Assembly (NCBI GenBank): GCA_963745075.1
Contig: CAVUWV010000024.1
Coordinates: forward strand, 352,001-416,000
Source: Candidatus Hydrogenedentota bacterium
GTDB lineage: Bacteria; Hydrogenedentota; Hydrogenedentia; Hydrogenedentales; SLHB01
Length of the DNA: 64,000 bases
Reading direction: 5' to 3'
Part shown: one piece after another, positions 51,036 to 60,057 of the stretch
Layout: each line of letters starts with the position of its first letter
How positions within the stretch are numbered: position 1 is the first letter of the stretch
Translations under genes and position numbers: made by a program
The notes under the pieces: model-generated
What the model was told of the DNA's origin: nothing
Seen by the model: the letters and a program-made list of their open reading frames with translations, nothing else
Databases searched by the model: none

Positions 51036-52510
51036 GACTGGAAATATCAGCATCTTACAGTTTGACGAGCATCTCATCGCGTGGCTCAGGGTCAAACCGT
51101 CTGCGAAAGGTATCGAACGTCCTGTCGTGGGAAACCCTCGGCGGTTCCTGGTCCGCGGCCGACGGCAGCCTGGAACAGGCCCTCCAGGATTTCGTCAAGA
51201 GTCATCGCATTGCCGATGACCGCGTCTATACCGTTCTGCCTCGCCACGAAATGACCGCCAGGATTCTGCTTCTTCCTTCCCACAGCGACGAAGAAATCGA
51301 GGGCATGATACGCCTCGGCGTCGAGGACTACGTTCCGTATCCCGAGCACGAGCTTGTTCTGGACCAAAGCTCCTTGCAGCGGCTCCCAGACGGTCAATCA
51401 CGGGTGTTGGCCGTCTTTGCCCACCGCGACGTCGTCGAGACCCACGTGTCCGCGCTGCGTGCCTGCGGCATCGAACCCCGGCAGATCTCCGTCAGTACGG
51501 CGTGCCTCGCAACGAGTGCGATCCTATCTCATGGCGAATCAGGTGAGCGATTTGCCTTGGTCAACCTGGCCTCCGGCGGTGTCGAAGTCCTCGTGTTCAA
51601 TGGCAATCGTCTCGAGTACGGCCGCGCTGTCGCCACGTCCCAGGATTGGTCGGCCGCGGCATCCGTGGGTTCCGATGCGGTCGAAGAATTGGCCTCGGAA
51701 GTGCGCGCCACCATTTCGGCCCATCGCCGCGAAACCGAAGACGGCATCGGCGCCGAGAATGTATACCTGTGTTCCGAATGGGCCGATACGGAACCCATCG
51801 CCTCGGCTTTGGCCGATACGCTGGGGTATCCATGCGAGTCCGCGCAATTTGGCAAGGCCCTTTGTACCCAAGGCGGCGACCGGCTGACTACGTTGGCGCT
51901 CACGTCGTTGGGAGCAGCCGTCGCCGCGCAAAATCGCGCACCGCTTTCCATAAGTCTCGTGCCCGAATCCTTGCAGCATTCGCGTCGCCGTGGCGAGTCC
52001 CGTCGCCGTTTGTTGAAAATCGGTGGTTTCGTCTTGGCCGTCATCGTCGGACTGCTCGCCCTATACGGTCAGGCGGCCTACCAACGCTCACGCTATATCG
52101 CCGAACTACGCAATCGCATCGATGCGATCGAGCCGCAAGCGCTCAGTGTCGAGTCCAAGCGCCGCCAATTGATTCGCCTTCAGCAACACCTGGATCGACG
52201 GGGCAGTGCCCTCGAACTGCTCGCAAAAATCACCGAATTGACCCCGTCTTCCGGATTGAACTTCACACGCTATTCCTTCGTGCACGGCCAGGGGATTACC
52301 CTCGTTGGCCGCGCGGAAACGTCTACGTTGGTGTATGGTCTGGCTGAAGCGCTCCGCGAAGCGGGCCGCAGTGACGTTCCCCAATTCTCCCGGGCCGTCC
52401 TTGGGCCGACCCGCGAAGAAATGGAGCAGAATCGTTCCGTTATCCAATTCGAAATCGACATTCCATTCGGCGGCGACGACACCAGCGCCGAATCCACGGG
52501 CGACCAGTGA
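51025..52510 (+). CDS. GspL/PilM-PilN-like assembly protein (actin-like cytoplasmic domain, TM, periplasmic domain); +1 frameshift near 51118
   Basis: TTG start with GGAGG SD (MARKTGNISILQFDEH) joins ORF 50888..52510 at GIEVLSWE; ARILLLPS, EDYVPYP, ALVNLASG, ISLVPE, TM, LELLAKITELTP. Confidence 0.75.
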
Positions 52511-53613
52511 TGCTCCGTTCTTTCCACAAACTGACCCCCTCGGAACGCCGCTTGGCTGGACTGGCCGTGGCGTGTCTCATCGCCGCCATCGCGTTGGCGG
52601 GGTATCGCGTGGCGTCCGATCGGCTGGCGCTCATGGATGCCACCATCGGAAGCATGCAGCAGGAGTTGCTGGCATACGAAGGGCTCATCGCCCAAGCGGA
52701 ACCGGTGAACCAAGCCTTCAATGCGATGGCGTCCCAACACTCCAGTGAATGGACCCAAGAAGAGATTCACGACCGCTTGCGACGCGAGATTACGCGGCTA
52801 TCCTTGCGCCAGATCCCGCCGCCGGGAAGTCCCATCCCGGCCGCCACGAACGCCGGCGATCAGCTCGTCAGCATTCCCCAAATGCCCATGGGCAGTTTGG
52901 TCGATCATGAGGCCGGATATCGCAGTTACCAGATCAACTTCAAAACCGACCCGGCGTCCATCCAAAACATCGCCTTGTTCGTCGAGCGATTGCAGCGCAG
53001 CGACCAGGCGCTTCGGATCGACAGTCTGGATATCGTCCGCCAGCCGCTGGCCAACGTTGCCACGGCGAACATGCGCGTCACGCGAACCGTGATCGACAAC
53101 GTCGCCCGCGCCGAATCGGCCGGCGCAGACGGTGCCTCGTCACAAGCGCCGGCAGCAGCCGCGGCGGTACTCAAGAACCCGGGGTTTGAAGAGTGGGATG
53201 CCACCACCAACGCGTTTCCTTCATGGACCGCCGTACAGTGTCAAGTGACGCAGCACGGCGCACAGGCCACCGAAGGCGTCGTGTGCGCGCGCATACAGGG
53301 TACCGACGCCGGGGGCAGCTTCTATCAGCCCGTGGAAGTAACCGCCGGCGCGACCTACGATCTGCAGTTCGATGCCTTCGCGTGGGGCGACGCGCGTGTC
53401 GAAATTGTTGATGACGCCTCCGGACAGCCCTTTAATGGGGCCCCGCCGCTCAAAGCCGACGGCTCCCCAAACCGGTACCACCTTCGCTTCACGGTTCCCG
53501 GTGAACCGGGACAAGCTGTCACCCTTCGCGTGCCTGATATCGTTCTCAAAGGAGCGGACGCAATCGTTTTGCTGGACAACGTTTCTCTCACGGAGGCCCC
53601 GGGCGGTTCATGA
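52507..53613 (+). CDS. GspM/PilO-like protein fused to a C-terminal CBM4/9-like carbohydrate-binding domain
   Basis: KLTPSERRL plus TM, coiled coil, IALFVERLQ...LRIDSLDI; Ala-rich linker then VLKNPGFEEW...FYQPVEVTAGATYDLQF...LLDNVSLTE. Confidence 0.7.
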   Translation: MMLRSFHKLTPSERRLAGLAVACLIAAIALAGYRVASDRLALMDATIGSMQQELLAYEGLIAQAEPVNQAFNAMASQHSSEWTQEEIHDRLRREITRLSLRQIPPPGSPIPAATNAGDQLVSIPQMPMGSLVDHEAGYRSYQINFKTDPASIQNIALFVERLQRSDQALRIDSLDIVRQPLANVATANMRVTRTVIDNVARAESAGADGASSQAPAAAAAVLKNPGFEEWDATTNAFPSWTAVQCQVTQHGAQATEGVVCARIQGTDAGGSFYQPVEVTAGATYDLQFDAFAWGDARVEIVDDASGQPFNGAPPLKADGSPNRYHLRFTVPGEPGQAVTLRVPDIVLKGADAIVLLDNVSLTEAPGGS

Positions 53614-54086
53614 CGCGGTATGCCAACATACTCGGCGGAGGAGTGCTCGCCGCCATCGCCGTGCTTTTTGTCCTCGACTTGGTGAAGAGCCCCGTGAAGA
53701 CCGACCGCGAGGCCTTCGATTATCAGGTTGCGTACATCGAGGTCCCCGAACTCGATTTTGGCGACACCAAGAACCCGGAGTTCGAGGAGTGGCAGCGAAT
53801 CATCAACTCGCAGCCCAAGCTGTGGGAACCCCTGTTCCGCCCGCAGCCGCGAACGGGTCCGCCTCCCAACCTCGCGCAGCAGTTGGCCGGCGTGTTTCCC
53901 ACGCGTAATGAAATCGGGGTCGGGCCGGACCGCAAGGTCCAGATTCAAGTGGACGGCCAACCCAACTGGTATACGGTCGGACAGCAAATTAAAGGGTGCG
54001 CGATCAAAGAGATTACGAACTCGACCGTGGTCTTTTCGGTAACCCATGGCGGACAGGAATACGGAATCGCGCTTCCGCGACGTTAA
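53610..54086 (+). CDS. GspC/PilP-like small assembly protein
   Basis: N-terminal TM; WYTVGQQIKGCAIKEITNSTVVF beta-sandwich motif; position just before the secretin. Confidence 0.6.
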   Translation: MTRYANILGGGVLAAIAVLFVLDLVKSPVKTDREAFDYQVAYIEVPELDFGDTKNPEFEEWQRIINSQPKLWEPLFRPQPRTGPPPNLAQQLAGVFPTRNEIGVGPDRKVQIQVDGQPNWYTVGQQIKGCAIKEITNSTVVFSVTHGGQEYGIALPRR

Positions 54087-54272
54087 GTTATCTTTTTTGA
54101 ACGACTTGAGTTTGGGTAGGCGGGTTTTGTGTGGCTTCGGATTTCAATGTTGACACAAGCTATTATTTTCTTGAAAAATGCGGTATACTGCTTCGGTAGA
54201 TGTTCCGGCTTCAGAAGTCGTGTAGCCCCAACGGCTCCGGGGTTGCCGCGGAAGGATTGGCGCAGCGGAAGC

Positions 54273-57200
54273 ATGATTCGATACTCGGCATACAGGGCGG
54301 CTTTGCTGATTGCGGGATTGGTCGTCGCAACCACAGCAACGGCACAGCAGACGCCTACCAACCCGAATCCCGCACCCAGCGTCTCCAGCGGCGTGCAAGG
54401 CATGATCATGCAACAGGCGCCTCCCTCCATAGGCGGAACGGAATCCGGCGGATTCGTTACGGGGGGAAACCCGCCGACGCCGTCGGCGCCGCAAGGCGTT
54501 CAGGGCAACGCCGTGCAGACCATTCGCTCTGCCACGCGCCGCCAAGTGAGCGTTGCCGGTCAGCAAGCCTTCGAGCCCATCCTTCAGCACGCAGTGACGA
54601 CATCTGATCTGCCCGATGTGGGCGATCCGATTACCATCGTCGCTTCACAAGCGCCGAAACCGATCATCGAAGTGCTCGATCAGGTCGCGACCGCTTCGGG
54701 TTGGAATGTCATCGCGTCCGAAGGGGTCGAAGAAGAAAAGATCCGTTTCTGGGTGTCTCAGGTCAAGCCCAAGCAGGTCATGGAGGCGCTGCGGTTCAAA
54801 GGAATCTATTACGATTACGATGCCGCGACCAATTTCCTCTATGTCATGCTCGACGGCGAGTTTCTCGAACGCGAATACGGCGCACAGGAACATGCCGAGT
54901 TTCAGATCCAGAACGCCGATGTCGTCGATATGGAATCCATTCTTACGGCCCTCATGTCGGAAACCGGCAAGCTCATCAGCGACCCCCGCACCGGAAAGAT
55001 ATTCGTTTGGGATACCCACGCCAACATCGAGGCCATGGAAAACGCCGTCTCTGAATTGGATGTGCCCCTGGAACCGAAGGTCTTCGCCCTCAAACATCTC
55101 TCTGCCGAAGATCTGCTCGACACCATCGAAAGTCTGTTGTCCGAGCGCGGCCTTGCCCAGGCCGACCCCCGCACCAATTCGATCGTCGTAACCGATCTCC
55201 CCGCGCGGCAACAACAAATCGGCCTCATGCTGGACGCACTGGATCAAAAACTCGAAACGCGGACCTGGACGCTGAATTACGCAGACCCCGAAACGATTTC
55301 CGAACGGCTCGAGAATATCCTGCCCGAAGAACTGGGTACGATCACCACGGACGAAGACACGTACCAGGTCAGTGTCACCGCCATCCCCAGCCGGATCGAA
55401 GAAATCGACGAAATTATCAAATCCTGGGACATCAAGGGCCGCCAGGTCCAAATCGAAGCCTATCTTGTGACGGCCAGCACGACCGTGATGCGCGACTTGT
55501 CCATCAATTGGGCGTACTTCGACGAGATCGGCGGTGTCCCCTTCGCCCTGCAGAGCGGGAATTCGCAGCCCGATTATACCGGCGGTCCCGAATCGGGCCA
55601 GCGCGGCAGCGTGGGACGGCGTCCCTACCGCGCGTACTTGCGGGATCCCATCACCGGCTCGCTCATCGAGCAACTCAGCAACCAGGGCGGTGGCGAAGCC
55701 GGTACCGCCACCGGCAACTACATTCTCGATCCCGAATTCAAAGGTAACCGTGTCGCCGCGGTACTCGATTATCTCGACAGCACCGGCGAAGTGAACATTC
55801 TCTCCCGACCCCGCGTGACCGTCCAGGATGGGCAGGAAGCTACATTCGAAAATACGACCGACCGTCCCTTCCAGAGCATCGGTTATTCCAACTACGGCGG
55901 CGTCGTACTCAATAACAACGATACGCAGCAATCGGTTTCGAGTCGCGTGATCCCCGGATCGGTGCAGTTTATTACCGTGGGAACCGTGCTTAAGGTCCAG
56001 CCCCGAATCAGCGACGACAACAACATCCTCATGGATATCGAAGCCGAAGACAGCACGGCGGAAGACAAGACGATCCTCTCCGCCGACCTGGCCAGCACCA
56101 TTCCCCAGAAAACCCAGAACAAGGCGGAGACTCAGGTGTTGGTCAACGATGGCCAGACGATCGTCATCGGCGGCCTTCGGTCGTTGAGCCTTCAAGACGA
56201 TCTCGAAAAATTCCCGATCCTCGGCGATCTGCCGTTTATCGGGCGCTTGTTCCGCACCACGTCGAAGCAACACAAGGACCGCGAACTGGCCGTATTCATC
56301 ACACCGACCATTGTGGACGAAACGACACAACCCGAAGCGGAGCGCCTGGCAAAGTTCGAAGAGGACGCCACCGACACGATGCGCCACTCCGCGAAGGGCG
56401 TCTGGGGCCGTACGGCGGACCGGTTGACCCAAGGCAAGAACGAGCGCAGCATCGCCGTCGGACAAACCGGGGAGATCTATTCGGAAGGCAAACTTGTCTC
56501 CGTTGACGACTTGAACAAAGAGTTTGAATCCGTGCGTGGCGCGGCGGTGAAGCCCACCATCATTCTACGCGTGCATCCGTCCGCCCCGCCTTCGGTGGCC
56601 GCCAGCATTCGTGCCGCAGCAGAAGCGGCCGGATTGAACGTCAGCGAGGAGAGCTCGCGCTCGCCCTTTGTCCCCAGCTTCCAGAAGGACATTCCGCCTC
56701 TCGTGCCGACAGAAAAGGAAGCGGCCGCGGTCACACCCGCGGAGAAACAAAAGGACGAGGACAAGCCAATAGCAGGGGAGAAGACGCCCGCGGAGCCGCC
56801 GCTGACCGAAGCGGAAAAGTCCCCCCCAGCCAAGTCCAAGACTTCCTCTGTGAGAACGCCGCCACAGGCGAAGGTAGAGCTCAGAACGGTGAAACCGTCT
56901 CCTCCACCGGAAGAAACGACCCCAGCGAAGCCCAAAAACGAACCACCGGAACCGCCCGAGCAGAAACCGGTCGCAATACCGAACGTTCCCCCGGCTCCGG
57001 AGCCTGTCATGCCACCGCAACCGCAGGCTGGATCCGTTCCGCCCGGCGCGGCTCCGCCGCAATCCTTCCAGCAACCCTTTACGCCGCCCGCGCAATCTCC
57101 GGCCGCTGCACCCACCGACATCCCGCCGATAACGGATCAATCTGCCTACACAGTCCAGGTTTCCTCATTTGGCGGTTCCAACACGAAAGTCGCGAGCGCC

Positions 57201-57383
57201 TACAAGGCTGAAATCGAAAAGAAAACCGGCTACCCGTTGTCGCTCGTCCCGTCCGACGATGGGAAGCTCATCCGAGCCTACGTCGGTGGCTTTCCCGACC
57301 GGAAGTCCGCGAACCTCGCCCGTGAGTCCCTGAGCCAACTCCCCTATTTCACCGACTGCTTCGTCAAACAACTCGACCGATGA
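54273..57383 (+). CDS. gspD: Secretin GspD/PilQ with C-terminal ExbD-like domain, Pro-rich linker and SPOR domain
   Basis: Signal peptide; N-domains (KVFALKHLSAED, ADPRTNSIVVTD); secretin core QVQIEAYLV, ILSRPRV, VGTVLKVQPRI, GQTIVIGGL, KFPILGDLPFIGRLFR, ELAVFITPTIV; C-terminal YTVQVSSF...RAYVGGFPDRKSA. Confidence 0.9.
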   Translation: MIRYSAYRAALLIAGLVVATTATAQQTPTNPNPAPSVSSGVQGMIMQQAPPSIGGTESGGFVTGGNPPTPSAPQGVQGNAVQTIRSATRRQVSVAGQQAFEPILQHAVTTSDLPDVGDPITIVASQAPKPIIEVLDQVATASGWNVIASEGVEEEKIRFWVSQVKPKQVMEALRFKGIYYDYDAATNFLYVMLDGEFLEREYGAQEHAEFQIQNADVVDMESILTALMSETGKLISDPRTGKIFVWDTHANIEAMENAVSELDVPLEPKVFALKHLSAEDLLDTIESLLSERGLAQADPRTNSIVVTDLPARQQQIGLMLDALDQKLETRTWTLNYADPETISERLENILPEELGTITTDEDTYQVSVTAIPSRIEEIDEIIKSWDIKGRQVQIEAYLVTASTTVMRDLSINWAYFDEIGGVPFALQSGNSQPDYTGGPESGQRGSVGRRPYRAYLRDPITGSLIEQLSNQGGGEAGTATGNYILDPEFKGNRVAAVLDYLDSTGEVNILSRPRVTVQDGQEATFENTTDRPFQSIGYSNYGGVVLNNNDTQQSVSSRVIPGSVQFITVGTVLKVQPRISDDNNILMDIEAEDSTAEDKTILSADLASTIPQKTQNKAETQVLVNDGQTIVIGGLRSLSLQDDLEKFPILGDLPFIGRLFRTTSKQHKDRELAVFITPTIVDETTQPEAERLAKFEEDATDTMRHSAKGVWGRTADRLTQGKNERSIAVGQTGEIYSEGKLVSVDDLNKEFESVRGAAVKPTIILRVHPSAPPSVAASIRAAAEAAGLNVSEESSRSPFVPSFQKDIPPLVPTEKEAAAVTPAEKQKDEDKPIAGEKTPAEPPLTEAEKSPPAKSKTSSVRTPPQAKVELRTVKPSPPPEETTPAKPKNEPPEPPEQKPVAIPNVPPAPEPVMPPQPQAGSVPPGAAPPQSFQQPFTPPAQSPAAAPTDIPPITDQSAYTVQVSSFGGSNTKVASAYKAEIEKKTGYPLSLVPSDDGKLIRAYVGGFPDRKSANLARESLSQLPYFTDCFVKQLDR

Positions 57384-57838
57384 CCGTCGATCGCATCGTC
57401 TCCGGCGGTCAGACCGGCGTTGATCGCGCCGCATTGGATTTCGCGATGCAGCGCGGCATTCCCTGCGGCGGCTGGTGTCCGCGCCGCCGCCTTGCCGAAG
57501 ATGGTCCAATCGACGCCCGCTACCCGCTTCAAGAAACCTCTTCGGACGACTACGCCCAGCGAACCGAGTGGAACGTCCGCGATTCTGACGGGACCCTCAT
57601 CCTCTCGTGGGGACCTCCCTCCGATGGCACCGCCTTCACCATCCAATGTGCCGAGGACTTGGGTAAACCCTGTTTCGTGGTTGACGTCAGTGTTTCGATT
57701 AGTGTTTCAGACGCTATATCATGGATTTCCTCGCGGAATATACGGGTCTTGAATGTCGCCGGTACTCGCGCCAGCAAGGCGCCGGATGCCTACCAAGCCG
57801 CCCGCGCTTTTCTCGACGCCTTGCTCGCAAAAGCCTGA
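57380..57838 (+). CDS. Putative molybdenum carrier / YpsA-like SLOG family protein
   Basis: IVSGGQTGVDRAALDFA, GGWCP, YAQRTEWNVRDSDGTLI, VLNVAG; ATGA overlap with the secretin. Confidence 0.88.
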   Translation: MTVDRIVSGGQTGVDRAALDFAMQRGIPCGGWCPRRRLAEDGPIDARYPLQETSSDDYAQRTEWNVRDSDGTLILSWGPPSDGTAFTIQCAEDLGKPCFVVDVSVSISVSDAISWISSRNIRVLNVAGTRASKAPDAYQAARAFLDALLAKA

Positions 57839-57842
57839 AGCT

Positions 57843-58238
57843 TTACCTCTCCCGAGGAGCCGCGAGACCCTTGGCGGCCAGTGCCGCCATTCCCCAGCCC
57901 CCGATGAACGCCACACCGCCGATGGGCGTGACGGCGCCCAACCACTTGATTCCAGTCAGCGCGAGCAAATAGAGGCTCCCGGAGAATATGGCTGTACCGA
58001 AGATCCACCAGATGCAGGCCCGGCGCGCCCACGCGGACTGCCACAAAGCGGGCGCCGCCACGGCCACGGCCAGTATGGCCAAGGCGTGATACATCTGGTA
58101 TCGCACGCCCACTTCAAACACCGCCAGCATGTCCGCAGACACCCGCGACTTCAATCCGTGAGCGCCAAACGCGCCCAAGATGACGCCCAAACCTCCCAGA
58201 ATTGCGCCGATGCGTGCAAAGACGGCTTGCTGCTGCAT
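57843..58238 (-). CDS. DUF423 (YgdD/TMEM256) membrane protein
   Basis: GAFGAHGL, RYQMYHALA, IFSGSLYLLAL, LGAVTPIGG. Confidence 0.92.
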   Translation of the reverse strand: MQQQAVFARIGAILGGLGVILGAFGAHGLKSRVSADMLAVFEVGVRYQMYHALAILAVAVAAPALWQSAWARRACIWWIFGTAIFSGSLYLLALTGIKWLGAVTPIGGVAFIGGWGMAALAAKGLAAPRER

Positions 58239-58564
58239 GAACGATTCCTTTCCACAAGCGCCACGGAACGGCGCGGTGCGTTCACAATACCCTCGTCTTC
58301 GGACAAACAACAATTTGGGATGGCGGCTTCCCATTCGCTACACTTCGCTCTGGAGAGCTTGGCTGGATGGCGGCATTTTAATTTTCAGTGCCGCTTGATC
58401 GCACTTCGTACTCGCGCTCGTACTCGATAATCCGAGAATGAGTACGTGAGGTCAGCGATGGCTACGAGAAAACTTCAATTGCTCTAGCGTTATACGTGCA
58501 CACGGGAGTTGAAACGAGGGAGGGTACGTCCTTGTCCGGGGGGATACGTTTCACCACGCATTCC

Positions 58565-59383
58565 ATGGTTATGCTTTGCGTCGTTGTTACAGCGGGAATC
58601 TTCGTACCTGCTTCCGCCGCCGAGGAACCACCGGCGCCGGAATCGCAGAATTCGCCCTGGTTTCTTCTCGTTGGCTTCTCCAATGCCCACCCCAGGATTG
58701 AAAGCGAACAACTTATCGATCGGTACTTCAACAGCACCATGAGTTTTCTTGCGCCCAGTTACGATGACGTGCTGACCGTGGGTGATCTGCGCGACCGGGG
58801 AATCCTCTGGGTTCCCTACATCGGAATCGGCCGCGTCATGTCGAAGCGCTGGGCCATCTTCGCGCAAGCCGGCTACGCCGCCGGAAAGGTGCGTACGAAG
58901 GCGGATGACCCCAGCATCCTGGTCCTCCCGTTGCACACGGATTTCGAAATCCAACGCGGGGCTACGTACGGCGGTGTCGGCGCTGACTTCTTCCCCTTCG
59001 GTATGCCCGAACTCAAGGAGTATCACGGATTCAGGGAACGGCTCCGTGGCGCTAAGCTCAACCTCGGCTCTCGCCTTACCTGGACCCATGCCACTTACGA
59101 AGCCAAGGTCAAAGTCGGATTCAAACCCTTTGACAACCTGGTGGATTACAAGGAAAGCGATAACTGGCTGCTGCCCAGTGTCAGCCCAAACATCGGCGTC
59201 GACGTGCCCCTCGGCCGGCGCAGCCAAATTTCGTTCAATGCCAGTTACAATCGATTCTTTGACGAACGCGACGACTTCGAAGGACCTTCCTACACCATCA
59301 TCTGGAAACGTCAGTTCGGCAAAGGTACGGCACACAAAAAGAATTCGGCGCACGAACCCAACCGGGACGCGCGCCGAAAATAA
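58565..59383 (+). CDS. Exported protein, probable outer-membrane beta-barrel
   Basis: Signal peptide ending ASA; alternating aromatic beta-strand pattern (SPNIGVDVPLG, FNASYNRF); start uncertain (58496-58571). Confidence 0.6.
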   Translation: MVMLCVVVTAGIFVPASAAEEPPAPESQNSPWFLLVGFSNAHPRIESEQLIDRYFNSTMSFLAPSYDDVLTVGDLRDRGILWVPYIGIGRVMSKRWAIFAQAGYAAGKVRTKADDPSILVLPLHTDFEIQRGATYGGVGADFFPFGMPELKEYHGFRERLRGAKLNLGSRLTWTHATYEAKVKVGFKPFDNLVDYKESDNWLLPSVSPNIGVDVPLGRRSQISFNASYNRFFDERDDFEGPSYTIIWKRQFGKGTAHKKNSAHEPNRDARRK

Positions 59384-59398
59384 TGTGACAAGATTTCC

Positions 59399-59917
59399 CT
59401 AGTTGCCGGGATACAGCGGAATCGACGACCCGCACTGCTGCACGGGATCGATCTTGTTGAATTCGTCCGCCGGAATCGACGGTCCCTTTCGCGAACACTC
59501 CTTGTCGAAGATCTGCTTCAACGTATTCGCGATGTCTACCGCCGTCATCTGTTCGATGTGTTGACGTTGAAGGACATGCGTCGGCTTGCCGTCTTTGAAC
59601 AACACGACGTTCGGGGACGACGGCGGCACGTTTGCCATCAGCTCCCGCGCCCGTTGCGTGGCCTCCGTGTCAATCCCCGCGAATACGGTGACCAAATGGT
59701 CCGGGATCACGTCGTTCTGGAGGGCCAGCATCACGCCCGGCCGGCACGCACCCGCCGCGCACCCGCAAACCGAATTGATGACCAGCAGCGTGCTGCCCTT
59801 GGCGTCGTTCACGAACACTTCATCGACTTCTTGCGGCGACACCAGGGGACGAAATCCGACTTCGACCAACTCTTCCCACATGGGCTTTACTGCTTCCGGA
59901 TCATAAATCGGGGGCAT
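59399..59917 (-). CDS. BrxA/BrxB family bacilliredoxin (YphP/YqiW-like)
   Basis: YDPEAVKPMWEEL, INSVCGCAAG (CGC motif), TVFAGID.EAT, PPSSP; GGAGG SD. Confidence 0.92.
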   Translation of the reverse strand: MPPIYDPEAVKPMWEELVEVGFRPLVSPQEVDEVFVNDAKGSTLLVINSVCGCAAGACRPGVMLALQNDVIPDHLVTVFAGIDTEATQRARELMANVPPSSPNVVLFKDGKPTHVLQRQHIEQMTAVDIANTLKQIFDKECSRKGPSIPADEFNKIDPVQQCGSSIPLYPGN

Positions 59918-60057
59918 GCTCGATATCCTCCACCTTTTCCAACTGCCTGCGAACGCGGCACATAACTATCCCCCGCGGTGAGGGAATTGAAAACGCCAGT
60001 AGCGCCAAGTGCCATTCCTCACCGAAACTATCAGTTTAGGGGTTTTATTCCCGAGGC

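Noticed and set aside
54150..54189. Internal sigma70 promoter for gspD (TTGACA at 54150, TATACT at 54184)
   Set aside because: The two boxes are 28 bp apart. A promoter is plausible in this AT-rich gap but cannot be placed.
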